From: Takakia lepidozioides
Lineage: Eukaryota > Plantae > Bryophyta
Direction: 5' to 3'
DNA length: 64,000 bases
Assembly: GCA_030704615.1 (NCBI GenBank)
Contig: CM060734.1
Span: 52,018,001 to 52,082,000 of the forward strand
Position numbers and translations under genes: made by a program. Positions 62,231 to 64,000 of the stretch are shown here, in pieces. Within the stretch, counting starts at the first letter, position 1. Every line of letters starts with the position of its first letter. The notes beneath the pieces were generated by a model. It searched no databases. It saw only the letters and a list, made by a program, of their open reading frames with translations, and was not told where the DNA came from.

Positions 62231-63616
62231 ATGGATCCCTTTCTTGGTTCTGATGTCAACTATTGCGCTAATGGCCCTGTTCCCCGCCATGATTGTGGGT
62301 TCCCACTCACGGCCTACGTCGTCATGGTCCACGTTCCCAGGGCAATGTGTTTTGTTTCGTGGACGAAATCGGTAGGATGGACGCGGACACCATGCCCGCG
62401 GCGGTGATGGCCGGATTCTTTGTCCCGCCTCTGGGGAGGATTCTGGAGGATGTTATGCGTGCGGTAATGAGAGATTGGGGGCGCATATGTCCGACTCCCG
62501 TTCCGCCTGTGACGACGTTGTCACGCAAAAGGAAGGGTGCGGTAGCCACTGGGGCATCGGATTCCCGGGGGAAGATGCCACCCAAGTTCAGCCACACCTT
62601 CGACATGTGCAGGAGCGGCGAGATGAAAGCTCAACTGCGGTCGGAGTTCGGCGACATGTTCCCGTTTGGGATGGACTCCCCGGCTGCGAGCGTCGATGTG
62701 CGCAACTGTGACACGGCGCGTGCCAATGTGGTGTATCGGCCTCTGAATGTGGATCACAAGGACGAGATCAAGTCCCGGCTCATGAGTTGTGTAAACATCG
62801 ATTAGAGGATGACACTGTACATTCTACCCCGACGATCAGGCTCGGATGGCTTGCATCCCGATCGGCCCGCGTCATGGGCAGAAATTGCGTCCGGCCGATT
62901 CTTCGTGATCGGCGGTCACATACTGCGATGGCGGCCAAGGTCTGTAGGATGTGCATTGGATGTTTTATTTATTTCTTATAGTTTTTTTCTTCTCGATGTG
63001 AGTGAAAGTTGAGGTTGTGGGGTGGGGTGGGGTGGGATTGGGTTCCGCTGACGATAACCATGTGCACAACGTTGCAGGAGTTGGCTTGTGTGGAAGGAAC
63101 GTGGGACGCGTTTCGACTGTGGAACGCAAAGGTGGTGTACAACACGGACGATTTGAGGCTGGTCAAACTGCCTGAATTGCTGAACAGGTCGAATTCCTAC
63201 AACTCATTCGAGCCCACGTTCCCGGAAAAGGTAAAACACTGTCGAGAGTTTTACCACTCGCGGAGGCGGCCGTCTGTTCAAGATTTCGCGAGGTGAACGG
63301 TATGGTAATTGACGAGTGAATCGTCGATTGTTGTTGCTGTAATTTGTCTTATTCGTATACTCTCCCGCTAGCCGAAATTTTGAAAACAATACAGCTGACG
63401 ATTTCCCATCCGGTGCAGGAGTTCATGTCCACGGCGAACTCCATTCTGGGATGCGAGAACGTGAAGGAGGCGCTGCCGCTAGTGAAGGTGAGCGAAGACA
63501 CATGGAGCTTGTGGGAACGGGTGTTCCGGCTATGGGAGTGCGGGGAGCTGGTGGGGCCGGACGGCGTCCCATACAGGAAGTCGTATATTCAGTTTCAACG
63601 ACCCTTCAATGAGTGA
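62231..63616 (+). pseudogene. Multi-exon degenerate gene with a possible ParB/Srx-like domain, probably transposon-associated
   Basis: YRPLNVDHKDEIK...LYILP...FFVIGG(H)HTAMAAK followed by GT-AG-bounded exons (~63078-63293, 63419-63600). Contains a stop and frameshifts. Confidence 0.45.
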
Positions 63617-63896
63617 ATATCAACATACAACTCAGAGAAATACGAAGAGACCTTGGACCAAAGTCATGAAAACTTGCAATTCTACATACCCTAAACCATT
63701 TCTTTGGAATCAAAATTGAGACAATGTTCCTAGAACGTATAGCGTAGGATTTTGAGAGATTTTTTTTTTTTTTCCCCCAAGGCTCATATCCTAGAGTCAT
63801 TGGGGTGTACGTAAACAGCGTGATCGGGAAGGAACCTTCACGCCAGGGGTGTACAAGCAGAGCTCATCCACATTGAATTTGAAGAGGGAATTGATA

Positions 63897-63927
<31 letters not shown>

Positions 63928-64000
63928 AAATAATAATAATATAAATAGATAAAAAATACGACAAACAGATGAGTAGGGCAGAGATAGAGGACAAGATCCC

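Overview
Eukaryotic nuclear DNA from a streptophyte plant, probably a non-seed (bryophyte-grade) lineage. This is inferred from short spliceosomal introns, telo-boxes, B3-domain fragments and a bacterial-type squalene-hopene cyclase fragment. Three intact host genes (WDR82/Swd2, a small plastid-type membrane protein, HOP2) lie among many mobile elements. These are a decayed Tcn1/Tf-like Gypsy, a large Mutator-like element (SWIM transposase plus Ulp1 gene) saturated with an AGACC motif, and inside it a nested insertion carrying a hairpin-repeat array. Further on are a piggyBac-like non-autonomous element, LINE 3' fragments, a 7.5 kb PIF/Harbinger element with captured RFC exons, and an intron-containing Fanzor (TnpB-like) pseudogene followed by a structured candidate omegaRNA. 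The standout is a young 12 kb Ty3/Gypsy element (49059-61027). It encodes a DNMT3-like C5 cytosine methyltransferase between protease and RT and a PHD finger at the end of the integrase, and it has a self-priming PBS and a UAG-CAR-YYA stop between DNMT and RT. Its LTR is split and permuted (B...A-B-A) at a palindromic GACA|GC|TGTC site with a 4-bp TSD, as if integrated from a 2-LTR circle. All calls come from reading the sequence by eye; no searches were run.
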